In this document: positions 13,020-25,703 of the stretch, piece after piece
How positions within the stretch are numbered: the stretch's first letter is position 1
Layout of the letters: each line of letters opens with the position of its first letter
From: Amoebophrya sp. A120
Taxonomy: Eukaryota > Protista > Dinoflagellata
Assembly (NCBI GenBank): GCA_905178155.1
Contig: CAJINV010000001.1
Coordinates: forward strand, 5,536,757-5,600,756
DNA length: 64,000 nt
Direction: 5' to 3'
Notes under the pieces: generated by a model
Told to the model about the DNA's origin: nothing
Database searches by the model: none
What the model saw: only the letters and a program-made list of their open reading frames with translations
Program-made: the position numbers and the translations under genes

Positions 13020-16000
13020 TTATCGAAAAAAGCTCACTACTGAATCTAGTATGCTTCCTTCTTCCGTAGTTCTACCAATTTCAGTTGCAGCATCTCCTGG
13101 CGACGAACTACTTTTTTTCGTATCCATGCCGGCACCCACCTCAGGATCGGCTTTTCTTGCTTTCTTCTTTGTCGGTCTATCTTTCGCACCGTCCACGACG
13201 AGGTCAGGTGATGGAGTGCTCTCCTGCCGCCCGCATTTCGCGGATGCGCAGTTTGCCTCGACAGTACTTGCGTCGGTTACCACTATTGGCGGAGGTTTCA
13301 CTGCCGGCGGTGCTGTTGTTACGGCAGGTTTTTTCTGCTCTACTGCTGTCGCGGTCACTTGGGCGGGGGTGCTAGGTGGCTTCACGACTTTACCCGTTTT
13401 TGATGCAGGCTCATCTTGGAGAACCTGGTTGGTCTTTATCGAGAAAGACAGCGTTGTGGCAGTCTTTTTACCCCCGGCGATAGCTTCCTCTTCCGCTAAA
13501 GTCTGTTCCGGCACCTCCGTCTCGTCTTCAACGAGTGCTTGGCGGACAATGCGCTCGTCTATGGCCTTTTTCACGAGTCTCTTCGCCGGATCGACTTGTC
13601 CACTCTCCAGGTTCAGTTCCTGCGCCGACACTTTCTCCCGCGGCACCACTGGTGTTCCGGCAGCTGGGGTTGTGCTACTGCTGTCAACAGTGGCAGCTTC
13701 GGCACTCACAGCGGGCTTGCTTGGCCTTGTCTTCACCGGAGCAGTGTCCTTTCCTTGTTCCGCGGGCTCATTTATTTCGGTTTCCCCAGAACCGTCCTCC
13801 AGTGCGAAGTCCCTTCCCCTCTCGGGATAGCCGTCGCGCGCACCGAGATTCTTCCTGCGAAGGACCTCGATTATCGCGTCACCAGCGAACTGCTCTGGGT
13901 TGCGGCACAGAAAGGGGAGATTGTTCTCGACCGGGTTGGAATAGTGGATCTCCGCGAGGACGCTGGGGTACACGAACCAACAGCGGACACGGTGAATCTC
14001 TTCGACCATTCTGTCTAGCACGGTGGTGGGGATCGAGCGAAGATAGTCGACAAGTTCAGGCGTGACCTGGTAGTCGTTTTCGTTTAGGCATAGATTGCGC
14101 GACACAACATGCAACAAGTTTGAGTTTGGTTGCAAAAGTACAACCAGCAAGCATGGGCTGTACGCAAAAAAAACCACAAACAAGTACGATATTCGCCGGC
14201 CACTTGATGAGCATCTTTGAGTAGTCGATGAAATCTTCAAAGGGAAGCTCCCAGAAGTCCGAAAGTAGAACTGGAATGCAGTCTGCAAACAGCGCCTCGT
14301 ACAGCCGCAGACTCCATGCAGATTTTCCCCGGGGAACGAAGCAGAACCTTTGGGGATAGAGTGCATAAGTTGGATTCTAGCTGTTTTCGTGTAGCAGCCG
14401 ACGCTACAAATAAGTGCTGACAAAATAAAGACGAGTACGCCTGTGAATGAAACTGTGTAGAAACAACTGAATCTGATGAAAGCACAGTACTTGGAATCCC
14501 CCATCAAAAAGTGCATTTCGTGCAGCGAGGTGTAACCGACGTAGACGTCTTCTTTCTGCTCCAAATTTTCCATCACCCTCACGATTTCGTTTCGCACATC
14601 CGTTCCCCCCAGCGCCGGGTGCACGCCGCGACTGGGGTCGGTGCGGCCGAAAAACACCACGGTGTACTTTTTTTCCCCCACCGGCTTCGCTGCTGCGGTC
14701 AACGACGCAATTTCCTGGCGGTGCATGTACCCCGGGATCGCGATGTCCTTCCAGGAGGAGAACGGGGCTTTCGTGATGTGCGGGAAGTCGTTGTAGAGAG
14801 AGGTTTCCGGCGTCAAGAAAATCGACTCCGGAAAGACCTGTCGCCACGAGAAAAACACGTTGATCCCCATGCCGCTGCCGAAGGTGAAAAAGTGTTTTCG
14901 CTGGTTGTGCTTGAAGTAGGGCAGCTCGGTGACGAGCTGCCGGTAGGCTAGGTCGATTTCCGGGAGCTGGAGGAACCCGGACTCGAAAATGCAAATTGCA
15001 TACCCCGGCACAAAGAAGTAGTCCGCCTCTTTTGGGTTTTTCGTCCTTAGTCTCGCGTGCTGCATCAACCAATCGTGGAAGTGCACCTCGGACGCCCACT
15101 GCCCCCGGCCGCAGAAGGACGCGGCTTGCGCGAGGTGGTGGAAGAGGGTGGGGATTTCGGTCACAGAATACACGTAGATCTTCAGCTGGGAGTTCTTTTT
15201 CGTTTTGTCCTGCTTGAAATACTTCGTCTGCGGGAGCAGGTCGAGCAGCTCTTTGCTCCGGTCGCACGGCGGGTTGGTTCTGTCGATTGGGCCGGTCAAC
15301 GGGGGTGTTTCGCAAAGCCTGGAGCTGACCAGCGGGTTCTCCGGGCTGATAATATAGTCCTTCATGTTGTCGCTGGACCGCACGACCAGCTTCCCATTCG
15401 TGTGAAATCTCAACCCCTCCACCGCGGTTGTGAAAGACGTCGTGTAGGCATGCAACTGCTCGTTCGCGGCGGTCAAGAGTTCCGCGGACTGGGACACGAG
15501 GTTGTCAGAGATGACGCCTTCCGCGGTAGATGTTTCTGTTTTGCTGGATCTTTCATTTTCGCCAGTCGGGTCTCCGTTTTTCTCGTCTTCCGCTCGCACT
15601 GCCTGCAGTCCGCGCTCATACTTCCGTTCCAACAACTGTTGCCGCAATAATGTCACGTCTTGTCCGGAAAAGCCCCACTCACCCTTCTCGTTCAAGCTCG
15701 GATGACTGCCAGCGTAGAAAGCGTCGAATAGGCTGTAGTAGATAAAGGCGCTGTCCTATCCAAGAAAAAAACACCATCGCAATCACATTTAGGAGGTTTT
15801 GCATCAGAAATTTCTCTCGCATGACACATTTTTCTTGTATTGCAAAAACCCCAAGGGAGATCACCAATAACTCTTGACTGTGATGCATTTTTGCGCATAA
15901 CAAGAAATTTTGTATTGCAAAAATGTGCAAAAGTGATTGTGATGGTGTTTTTTTCTTTAATATGTCCAAATCGTCCTCGAATTCCGTCAAATACTTAGTG

Positions 16001-16356
16001 TAGAAGAACAAAATCGTCGACACGCCAAACAAACAGGTGTTTGAAGCATGCGCCAGCACGTTCTGCATCGCTTCCAAACCCTGCTGCTGCGCTTCGCCGA
16101 GGATCTTCGTGAATAGCAAGTCCGTCACGACGGGAAGGTTCTTTGGGTAGGCCTCGGCGGCCAGTCTTGGCTTCTCCTCGCTCCACAAAACGGAGTCCGC
16201 GGGGAACGTGCCCTGTTCCACCGCTTCGGCGTTGACGTCCGAGCAGTCCGGTATGTTCCACACACGATTTAACTGCTCTTCCGAAGCTTTGAAGGCTTGG
16301 GAATCGTAGGAACGGACGACGGGGGCGAAGGCCCAGGCGAGTAACACGCGCACCAT
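13020..16356 (-). CDS. Exostosin-like (GT47) glycosyltransferase (spliced)
   Basis: Signal-peptide-like N-terminus; RTKNPKEADYFFVP; after removing GT-AG introns 14348-14490 and 14067-14187 reads SKFCFVPRGKSAWSLRLYEALFADCIPV; introner at 15757; low-complexity C-terminus. Confidence 0.9.
15757..15962. mobile_element. Introner, family C (206 bp)
   Basis: TIR AAGAAAAAAACACCATC(G/A)CAATCAC; perfect DR TGTCC; spliced DDLDSAFIYY joins two ORFs in frame. Confidence 0.95.
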
Positions 16357-17320
16357 GATGAACATTCGTCGCTGGTTCATATGCATAGAGGTGTCAACAT
16401 ATGTTCTTAAAATTTGTAAGTACTCAGGCACGCGTACATGGCAGAAACCACACGAGAAATTGACGGGAGAATTTGCACTAAAATCAAGGACTAATGACCA
16501 AACTCACATTTGCTTCGTGTATCGCCATAATAACGAAAACCGATTACTGGAGCGAGTAGGCATCAAATCGAGCGAATGGCATCTTTAGCCACATGATAGA
16601 TCGTGATCGCTTTTCTTGTCAGTAGGTCTTGGGCTTTCGGCTGCTCGAATAACTGTTACGTACACGAAGGTGGAGAGCGCCGGACCGAGTCCGAGTGGAC
16701 TTCTTTTAGACGATCAGACCGACAGTTCCACGATATCGAAGAATGGTCCAAAAATGAAAGCAGGGCTGCAGCCGTTTTCTCGAACATCTACTTGTTTATT
16801 AGTTGTCGCCTGGGACAGCGTCACCATGCAACACCCCGAGTTATTGGTCAGATGATAGATAACGCACAGGAGAACTGCAAGCCCAGTGTTTCAGTTTTTA
16901 GATGCGCACGGCTTCCGGCGTTTGTTAGTACGCGCTGCGTCTCAAGAGTCACAAATACAGTTCTAGAGTGTGCTGCTGTAAGTTCTAAAGTCACAAACTC
17001 GGCTTGCTACGAAAGACGTCAAAGACTGTGTTAGTGCGGTTGCTGCAGAAAAAGATGCTGTCGCAATATCGAAGAGATATTGAAGGAAAACCGAAGGAAA
17101 AGCGTAGCTCTTGTGGCGCATTGAAAAGCTAGCAGGTTGATTGCTACAGATGTTTGTGTACACAGGATGGCCTGTAGTAGATCATAAAGATAAAGGATGG
17201 TCGGTACATAATAAGGATATTCACCAGTAGGGCTAGGGTATTTCTATTTCGTGGCTCAAGTTTCAATCTCTACCATGACTAGTTATAAGTCAGAAAACCC
17301 ATTATTTAATGGTTTCCCGC

Positions 17321-17535
17321 AATAAAAACAAACAATAGAAACGAAAAACAAAAACAAATAATGGAAACGAAAAACGAAAACAAAGAATGGAAACGAAAAA
17401 CGAAAACAAAGAATAGAAACGAAAAACGAAAGAATGAGAACAAAGAATGAAAACAAAGAATGAAAACAAAGAATGAAAACAAAGAATGAAAACAAAGAAT
17501 GAAAACAAAAAACGAAAACAAAAAACGAAAACAAC
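17321..17535. repeat. A-rich minisatellite, 13-bp GAATGAAAACAAA and variants
   Basis: Direct inspection; perfect copies at about 17445-17510. Confidence 0.9.
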
Positions 17536-17607
17536 GAAGCGCAGCCAAAGTGACCAAGCTTCTAAGAGGCGAAACCTCCAAACGATGAGGCCTCGAAACG
17601 CCGAAGG

Positions 17608-18705
17608 AAGCCTCGAAGCAGCGAAGCCTCGAAGCAGCGAAGCCTCGAAGCCTCGAAGCAGCGAAGCCTCGAAGCAGCGAAGCCTCGAAGCAGCGAAGCC
17701 TCGAAGCAGCGAAGCCTCGAAGCAGCGAAGCCTCGAAGCAGCGAAGCCTCGAAGCAGCGAAGCCTCGAAGCAGCGAAGCCTCGAAGCAGCGAAGCCTCGA
17801 AGCAGCGAAGCCTCGAAGCAGCGAAGCCTCGAAGCAGCGAAGCCTCGAAGCAGCGAAGCCTCGAAGCAGCGAAGCCTCGAAGCAGCGAAGCCTCGAAGCA
17901 GCGAAGCCTCGAAGCAGCGAAGCCTCGAAGCAGCGAAGCCTCGAAGCAGCGAAGCCTCGAAGCAGCGAAGCCTCGAAGCAGCGAAGCCTCGAAGCAGCGA
18001 AGCCTCGAAGCAGCGAAGCCTCGAAGCAGCGAAGCCTCGAAGCAGCGAAGCCTCGAAGCAGCGAAGCCTCGAAGCAGCGAAGCCTCGAAGCAGCGAAGCC
18101 TCGAAGCAGCGAAGCCTCGAAGCAGCGAAGCCTCGAAGCAGCGAAGCCTCGAAGCAGCGAAGCCTCGAAGCAGCGAAGCCTCGAAGCAGCGAAGCCTCGA
18201 AGCAGCGAAGCCTCGAAGCAGCGAAGCCTCGAAGCAGCGAAGCCTCGAAGCAGCGAAGCCTCGAAGCAGCGAAGCCTCGAAGCAGCGAAGCCTCGAAGCA
18301 GCGAAGCCTCGAAGCAGCGAAGCCTCGAAGCAGCGAAGCCTCGAAGCAGCGAAGCCTCGAAGCAGCGAAGCCTCGAAGCAGCGAGGCCTCGAAGCAGCGA
18401 AACGTCGAAGCAGCGGAGCCTCGAAGCAGCGAAGCCTCGAAGCAGTGAAGCCTCGAAGCCTCGAAGCAGCGAGCCTCGAAGCCTCGAAGCAGCGAAGCCT
18501 CGAGGCCCCGAAGCAGCGAAGCCTCGAGGCCCCGAAGCAGCGAAGCCTCGAGGCCCCGAAGCAGCGAAGCCGCGAAGCCTCGAAGCCTCGAAGCAGCGGA
18601 GCCCCGAAGCAGCGGAGCCCCGAAGCAACGAAGCCCCGAAGCAGCGAAGCCCCGAAGCAGCGAATCCCCGAAGCAGCGAAGACCCGAAGCAGCGAAGCCT
18701 CGAGG
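17608..18705. repeat. 16-bp satellite CGAAGCAGCGAAGCCT, ~50 near-perfect copies then degenerating
   Basis: 16-aa (48-nt) periodicity in the overlapping ORFs; the unit is a dimer of related 8-mers. Confidence 0.98.
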
Positions 18706-18739
18706 CGGGGCAGCAACGTGCGAGACGAAACCGCGAAGC

Positions 18740-19815
18740 ACGAGCCGGCGCCAGGTCGTGGCCAGAGGAAGCCTGCCAGGCCGGTGCCAGATCATGGCCA
18801 ACCCGGTGCCAGATCACGGCCGAACAAAGCCCGCCAAGCCCGCCGGTGCCACACCATGGCCAAGCCGGTGCCAGATCATGGCCAGGCCGCCCGGTGCCAG
18901 GTCGTGGCCAAGCCGATGCCAGATCATGGCCAAGCCGGTGCCAGATCATGGCCAAAGCCTGCCAAGCCGATGCCAGATCAGGGCCGAGCCGGTGCCAGGT
19001 CGAGGCCAAGCCGGTGCCAGATCATGGCCAAAGCCTGTCGGGCCGGTGCCAGGTCGTGGGCGAGCCGGTGCCAGATCATGCCCAAGCCGGTGCCAGATGG
19101 ATCGTGGCCAAGCCGGTGCCAGGTCGTGGCCAAGCCGGCGCCAGAGATATCATGGCCAGGCCAGCGCCTGATGAGAAAGATCAAAGCCAACCCGGCGCCA
19201 GATCATGGCCAGGCCGCCCGGTGCCAGGTCGCGGCAAGGCCGACACCAGACCATGGCCCAGCCGGTGCCAGATCATGGCCAGGCCCGTTCCAGGTCGTGG
19301 CCAGGCCGAAGCCGGCGCCAAGTCATGGCCAGGCCGAAGCCGGCGCCAGGTCATGGCCAGGCCGGGGCCAGATCATCTCATGACAAAGCCAAGCCGGTGC
19401 CAGATTATGGCCTAGCCGCGCCCGCCGGCGCCAGGTCGTGACCAAGCCGGTGCCAGATGAATCATGGCCAAGCCTGCCTGCCTGCCTGTGCCAGAGCATA
19501 GCCAAACCGGTGCGGAATCATGGCCATGCCTGCAAGTGCCAGGCCGCGGCCAAGCCGGTGCCAGCCAAATCATGGCCAAGGCGGTGCCAGGTCGTGGCCG
19601 CGCCGGTGCCAGGTCATGGGCATGACCGTGCCGGTGCCCGATCATGCCCAAGCCGGTGCCGGACCCTGGCCAAGCCGGTGTCGGGCCCTGGCCAAGCCGG
19701 TGCCCGACCATGCCCGCCCCCCGCCGCCAGATCGCCCCCCCGTCGGCGCCAGCATGCAAGATGACGGCAGCGGGCAACCTGCCCGCCGCGCCGGCCGGCG
19801 CCGGATCGTGCCAAA
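18740..19815. repeat. Degenerate 22-bp satellite GGCCAAGCCGGTGCCAGATCAT
   Basis: Direct inspection; many diverged tandem copies. Confidence 0.95.
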
Positions 19816-20141
19816 GCCGTTCTGGCGCTTTGAAAATCGCCGGCAGATGGGCCTGCCTGTGCTGAAGCGCCGACAACGATTCTCCACAGAGAGACGCTGA
19901 GCGCTACTATTCATCTAGCGGAATGCTATTAAGTCTGCAGGTTACTGAACACGGGAAGCGGGATAAGGCTAGTCTTGTTCTGTATAATAATCATAATTTT
20001 CGTAAGAAAGCAGAGCACGAACAAATGTCGCAGCTCAGATACTTAGTCCGGTCTCGCATCTTGTTTCTTACATCTCTAGAGGAGGTGATTGATAAACTAC
20101 AGCAATGCAGGGCAAGGGATAGACTGACCGGATTGTTCTGC

Positions 20142-21940
20142 TTACTTTGTATCAAAGTGATACACAACGAAGCCCATGCCTCGCCGCTGGCCCCGTTGCG
20201 TGCCAGCCCCGCCCCCAAATCCCTGCCCGCGGCTGGCCCGGCTCAGGTCCTGGCTAGAAACCATCCACACGCTTTCCTCTTCGGTGTCGTCGTCCATGTT
20301 CCAGCCAGCCCCCGGCGCGAGCTCCTTCTCTGTCATCAAGAGAAAAGACGTCTCGCTGAGTTTCATCGCCTGGCCCGCGGTGATGAGCGCCGGAATACCC
20401 GCTTCCGCGTCCCCGTCACAGGTCACGAGCTGTTTGAGTGAAGTTTTGTTGTATGCATGGATCTTGTGATGTAAAATTCCATGGCCGCTGCTGCAGCATG
20501 AGAGAAATTTAAGTATTTTAGTGCGACCACTTTGTAGAGGGCTGAAGTAGGCGTATGCAAGTTATTTACCTCGAGGACTGCGCCCGTAATCGGATCGACG
20601 CGGACCTTTTTGTGATAGACATAGATCGAAGTTCCTCCGGCTTCGACCTTTTTACCGCAGTTCTGCAGCTCCAAACCCAATAAATTTTTATTTTTTTCCT
20701 CGACCACAGTGTTCACGACACTGCGCAAGTGTTGTATCAAATTCTTATCGACGGACGTCGATTTCTTTTCATACTTTCCACTATTGATGATTCCGATACT
20801 TTTCATCTGCGCATCGGTTCCGGAATAATAGCGAAAGTCGGTCGTCATCGCGGCGTGCAACACGGCGACGCCGCGGGTTATGGAAGAAAAGAAAACTGCT
20901 GCTCATTGCGATTTCCTGAATAAACGCTACAGAGAAAGATGTTTGCAAAACTGCAAAAGGAGAGAGAATCAGATGGCAATTCCTCGTGGGTGACACACGC
21001 AAGCCTTCCACACAAACGCACGGCAGCAAATGGCTTGCGGCAGACGCTTTCTTTCACATGGTACCGCTCTCGAGTGATGTTCCGTGGCTGCTCTTCGCCA
21101 TCTTGGCCTTTTTTCTGGAACAAAGTCAGGTCTTCAGGGTTTGTAGTTCAAAAATACTGCTCAGTGCTTTCTTGTCGCTTGCAATCGAAAATCCACTTTG
21201 TTTCATAAATACAGGACTGCCAACATAACTAAAAAACTATGCCAAAAGACAGACTTACGCACACGTGGAACCGCTGAAAATCGAATGGAATGTTGGGTCG
21301 GCATTGCCTGCGTCGTGTTCTTCTTGATGCACGTTGGGTACGCTTTGTATATCCGTCGGATCGGGTTCGGCTGATTTCGCGCCATTGCGTTTTGACAAAA
21401 CGGTTTTGCGCAGTCGAACACATTGGCCATATGTTTCTTCGGTCGGCCGTGCCCGAGCTTGGAGAACAAACCGCCACTCCTCGGGCCAGTTTGCTCTCCC
21501 GTGTCCTTCCCCCGAGCCCAACCTGCCAGGCGGATATTTTTTCAAGAAAAAAAACAGAAATGCGAAAAGTGGCACCAAAGTATACCGCTGCGAGCCCTGT
21601 TTTCGAGCACTCAGTGGAAGCGGGCCTGCATCAATCAGCTCAGTTTCATTTGTGTCTGGACATTTCATTTTCTGACTCGTCAGATACTTCTTCACTTCTA
21701 CTTGCCATATCTTTCCCCCGAGCTCCAGGCGTCCGCTTGCTTACGGTCGGCAATTCGCTCAGCGCGATAGCCACTCTGGACGTTGTCTGCAGGCGATGTG
21801 ATTGCCCTGTCTGAGTGAGGTGCCTTGAGACGCTTCCTCTCTCCACTGGCAGCGCCTGTAAGAGCGTTTGCTTTCGCAGGAGGAGCAACCACAGCGCTCG
21901 CTTGGAATCGACGACCAATCTGGTGTTGGCGTCAATCAAG
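20142..21940 (-). CDS. Probable multi-exon hypothetical protein gene or remnant
   Basis: Chain of protein-like minus-strand ORFs (20142-20426, 20423-20863, 20878-21123, 21203-21469); no recognisable domain; exon structure not resolved. Confidence 0.35.
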
Positions 21941-23211
21941 TAGCAGCTCTAGAATTGACGGCGCCAGCTCCTGGCGTCGACGCGCCGTCGTTGCCCATTG
22001 TCATACCCGAAGCAAGTTGCTGGCCACTATTCCGCAAAACCCTAAACCCTAGGCGACGGCGGGGCCGGTCGGGTTGTGTAAGTACTTATTTCCGGGTATC
22101 GCTGCTGGTTCAGCTGGTGCGAAGTTTGCTTCTTCGAGTTCGAAGTGATACCGGACGCCATGACAAGCGCTGGCGGCTTGCCTCAGTCTCGCTTCGACGG
22201 CCGCATTGCGTGGCGGAAGAAGGGACCGCTGAGCGACCGATCATAGGTCACATTGTGATCCAGCACGGAACTGCAGCTCCTGAACGCCCGGCACCGCACC
22301 ATCTTCCCTAAACCCTAAACCCAATGTGGAGCCACACGTTGTAGTAGACCTATTGTTCTCGAAAACTGTACTGGCAATTGCTTGAAACCGAAACTCGAAA
22401 GAAACAAAAATCTGATCTACAAGTGTGCTCGAATAAACTAATGCCTATCGATATGAAGAGACATCGCGAATGCAAATGAAAAGCACCAACGAGACTGCGA
22501 ATCAGAATTCGAGATTGAAATTAGCAAGGTAAAGAACGGGTGTAATTCAATTGGAGACCTAGGATGAAGCATGTCGTGCACATAAGATGATCTTCAGTCT
22601 TTCGACATTATCCCTGAATAGAAGATCAATGTCGTTTTACTTCATGGAAACAGTCAGATCTCCGTCACGCTGTTGATCGATGCGACCGCCAGATGCCTAA
22701 GCCAAGCTGATAAAGATCTTCGAGTACGTGCCGTCCGTGTTGCTCGATCACATGGTCCAGAAACTGCTCCCTCGGAAACAAAAACACCAAGGTTGGATCT
22801 TCGGCTCTATCACATAAATGACCAAGGCTAGTCATGATCTTGTTTTTGAATCGTCCGCCTAACGTGATCAGTTGTGAGAAGATTGATATCAAGATCACTT
22901 CACACACACACACTGGCTGCCCTCCGCTTCGTCCTCTGCACGCACCGAAAATTTCCCGAAATGGTTTGTCCTCAAGGGCCAAGCAGAACAAATAGAGTGC
23001 ATATGTATTTGCTGAAAAAGCATGAAAAATACCTTCTCTCAGCTTCAAGCGTCTTTGACGCCTTGCATCACTGTGAATAAAGGATAGTTGGTTGCGAATG
23101 GGAATGGGTAAAATATTTTTCTTGTATAAAACACGGCTTCAAGCTTTGATTGGACTGCGCGGCAATGCCAGGTCGTGGTAGGAAACAACGGCGGCTGATG
23201 TTTTTGTGACA

Positions 23212-24912
23212 TCATTCGGCGGATGCTCGACAGAATCGCCAGTCGATATCGTCGTAGACTTCGTGAAAACGATAGACCTGTTTCCTTTCATCCGCCCAAT
23301 CTCCACGCTCGTAGTCCCAGTCTGCCTCCTGTCCTATTTGCATTAATTCGCTACAAAAGTATTCCGCCCACCTCCTTGCCCGCCATCCGGATTTGTCACG
23401 CCATTCATGTAGCAATTGCGAGCCTTCTCGAAGCAGTTTGTTTACGTTTTGCGGGCACATTGCGGCGTTGATAGACTCCACGATCTGGCTCTCCTTTTCG
23501 TATTTGTCCCAGTTGCTGAGCTTTCTCCACGTCGGTAAAGCTTCGTCCAACCTCGGCACTCCAACGGCGCGATGCAATTTTGAACTACCGTAATCGTCGA
23601 GCCCAAGTTCAGCACAAGCGCTGCTGGTACAAAACTTCTTGTCGTAGTCCACATCGAGATCCTCTGCGTCGTGGAGCAGGGAGATTTGGTGGTCCCTGTC
23701 TTCGCACATTAGCCGCTGAAAAAAGAAAGAGTACTTGGCAGTTTGCTCATCGCGGAAACGGAAGCGCGTCACATGCTCGAATTTGCCATCGCGGTAGCCC
23801 TGTAGCCACTCGTTGATTTCTCGACGCGCAGCTTCATTTTGCGTGTCCATCAGATGTTCAATCGCGTTACGCACGCCACACAGCAGTCCCGGGACGCTAG
23901 AGTCGAAATCGTGCTTGAAGAAAGTTTGTCGCAAACTCGGAGCTACGACGTCGATCCTTTGTTCTAGGAAATCCGCGTATTTGTTCCACGTCATTGTCAT
24001 GGCGTAGGCTCGAAACTTTTTGTGATCCCGAAGACTTCGCCCTTTGCAGAAAATGGTTTCGTGGAAGTCCCGTAGCTTTTGGCTTTTCGTTGCTGCAACT
24101 TCAGCATCGCTTTCGACCGGACGGAATATTTCCAAGAATGGTGAGTGTCTCCTCGGCGGCGACAGCCGGTCGTCATCACTAACACCACCGGGAGAAATCT
24201 CCAGAACGTCCGAAGTCCCAAAAAGCCAATTGTAAAATCCGCCGGTCGAGGACGAGCTAGGGACATGCATACCGATCCTCGTCTCAGATGTATAAATAAC
24301 TTTCCTTCCCTTGCACACAAGCACAAGTGTTCTATCGGAACCAGAAGCTCCTTGCTCACGCTGGATCCCCGCCCCCGCACCGCCGGGCCTACGCCAGCGT
24401 CGGTACTCGTGAAGCAATTCGTTCATACGGTGCACGCTGCAGCGGTGAATCTGTGTCATGTCGGCACTGGGAGATACTACCACAAGCTGGAACAAACTCA
24501 TTTTCGGGCCAATGTCCTCACTAGGCGAATAGCGCGCCGCGCATACTTGTTGGAAGATACGGTGTGTCGCGACGAGTGCCGCTTCGATGTGATGTGCACG
24601 ATCGTCGCGCAGTGTAGATTGAAAATAGGGCTGCGGGTTCTGCAAAATCGCGCGAAGTCTAGTATCAGTGGCTCGGAGAAGGTCGGTTATAACTGGCGCT
24701 CTTTTGTTGACACTTTCGAAGTGGCGAGAATCCCCTTCGACGAAACCGACCTCATGGAGGGTGTAGATGACGTTCCCGCTACCTGCTTCTGGCCAGCTTT
24801 GATACACACCGATTTCCGGTCCCGTTGCGTTCACCGAGTCTCTGAGTTTCTTTGTCTCATAGTTGTGCTTTCTGCGCCGGAAGTCGGCGACATCAAACAC
24901 CTGGTTACCCAT
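23212..24912 (-). CDS. Hypothetical protein with KEN/HEPN-like RNase motif
   Basis: 609-codon open frame (first likely ATG 24912; upstream exon possible); FDSSVPGLLCGVRNAIEHL resembles the RNase L/IRE1 KEN motif. Confidence 0.7.
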   Translation of the reverse strand: MGNQVFDVADFRRRKHNYETKKLRDSVNATGPEIGVYQSWPEAGSGNVIYTLHEVGFVEGDSRHFESVNKRAPVITDLLRATDTRLRAILQNPQPYFQSTLRDDRAHHIEAALVATHRIFQQVCAARYSPSEDIGPKMSLFQLVVVSPSADMTQIHRCSVHRMNELLHEYRRWRRPGGAGAGIQREQGASGSDRTLVLVCKGRKVIYTSETRIGMHVPSSSSTGGFYNWLFGTSDVLEISPGGVSDDDRLSPPRRHSPFLEIFRPVESDAEVAATKSQKLRDFHETIFCKGRSLRDHKKFRAYAMTMTWNKYADFLEQRIDVVAPSLRQTFFKHDFDSSVPGLLCGVRNAIEHLMDTQNEAARREINEWLQGYRDGKFEHVTRFRFRDEQTAKYSFFFQRLMCEDRDHQISLLHDAEDLDVDYDKKFCTSSACAELGLDDYGSSKLHRAVGVPRLDEALPTWRKLSNWDKYEKESQIVESINAAMCPQNVNKLLREGSQLLHEWRDKSGWRARRWAEYFCSELMQIGQEADWDYERGDWADERKQVYRFHEVYDDIDWRFCRASAE

Positions 24913-25703
24913 TCTGAATGACAATGAGGACCAATACCAACAATATGCAACTCGAATATTATAAGAACTTGCCGTGCAGTCGTAGTGAGCAACAAAGGAA
25001 TATTGCGCATGAAGGTCTGACGCAGTGCGGTTCCCGAACAAGGAATTTACATCAGAAGTGTAAAGATGAAAGCAAAGTCAGTGCTCGCCCTGTTCGTAGA
25101 CGAGAAGTTCTTGTAGAACTGCGATGTTTCCTCGCACAGGGACTCCAACTTGTCCTCATCGTCATCAAATAGATTGCATTTGCAAAAATACCGAACACGA
25201 GGCACGGAAACGGGAATGCGTGCGATGATGCGGCGCACGCAACTTAATTATTGGGAAAAGTATGCATACTTGTACCCGACTCGGGATCTGCCGACGGGCT
25301 TTGCCCTCTGTCTCTATTATGTCTACAGTGAAATAGACACTACAATGTTGATCACATAATTAGCAGCTGTTCCTCGATACAATCGTGCAGTCCACGTTTC
25401 GATCTGAGCACATAAAAGTGCCTACGCAACACAGAAAAAATGTTGAATGAGCATTGTTCATTCGGTTTCGTCACGACGCAGTCACGATCTGCTGATAAGG
25501 TGGGTGTCAGCAGCAAAATGATAGATACATAAGTAGCCAAGAACTCTATGCGATCTGCTTTGTGCACCCTTCGGCTCACGCATTCCAAAAATGAGGTGTG
25601 AATAAAACCTCGCTGCAGCGGCATCTTCATAAAACACAAAGCATTTGAAGCGTAATTTACATTTCTCATTTACTAAGGAGCGTCCCTCATTGTTGGGGCG
25701 CCT

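Noticed and set aside
17250-17260. TGGCTCAAG as a relict dinoflagellate spliced leader
   Set aside because: Only 9 nt match and on the strand opposite to all genes.
17302-19415. Long ORFs (312-567 aa) on both strands
   Set aside because: By-products of stop-free 16-bp and 22-bp tandem repeats; open in several frames on both strands.
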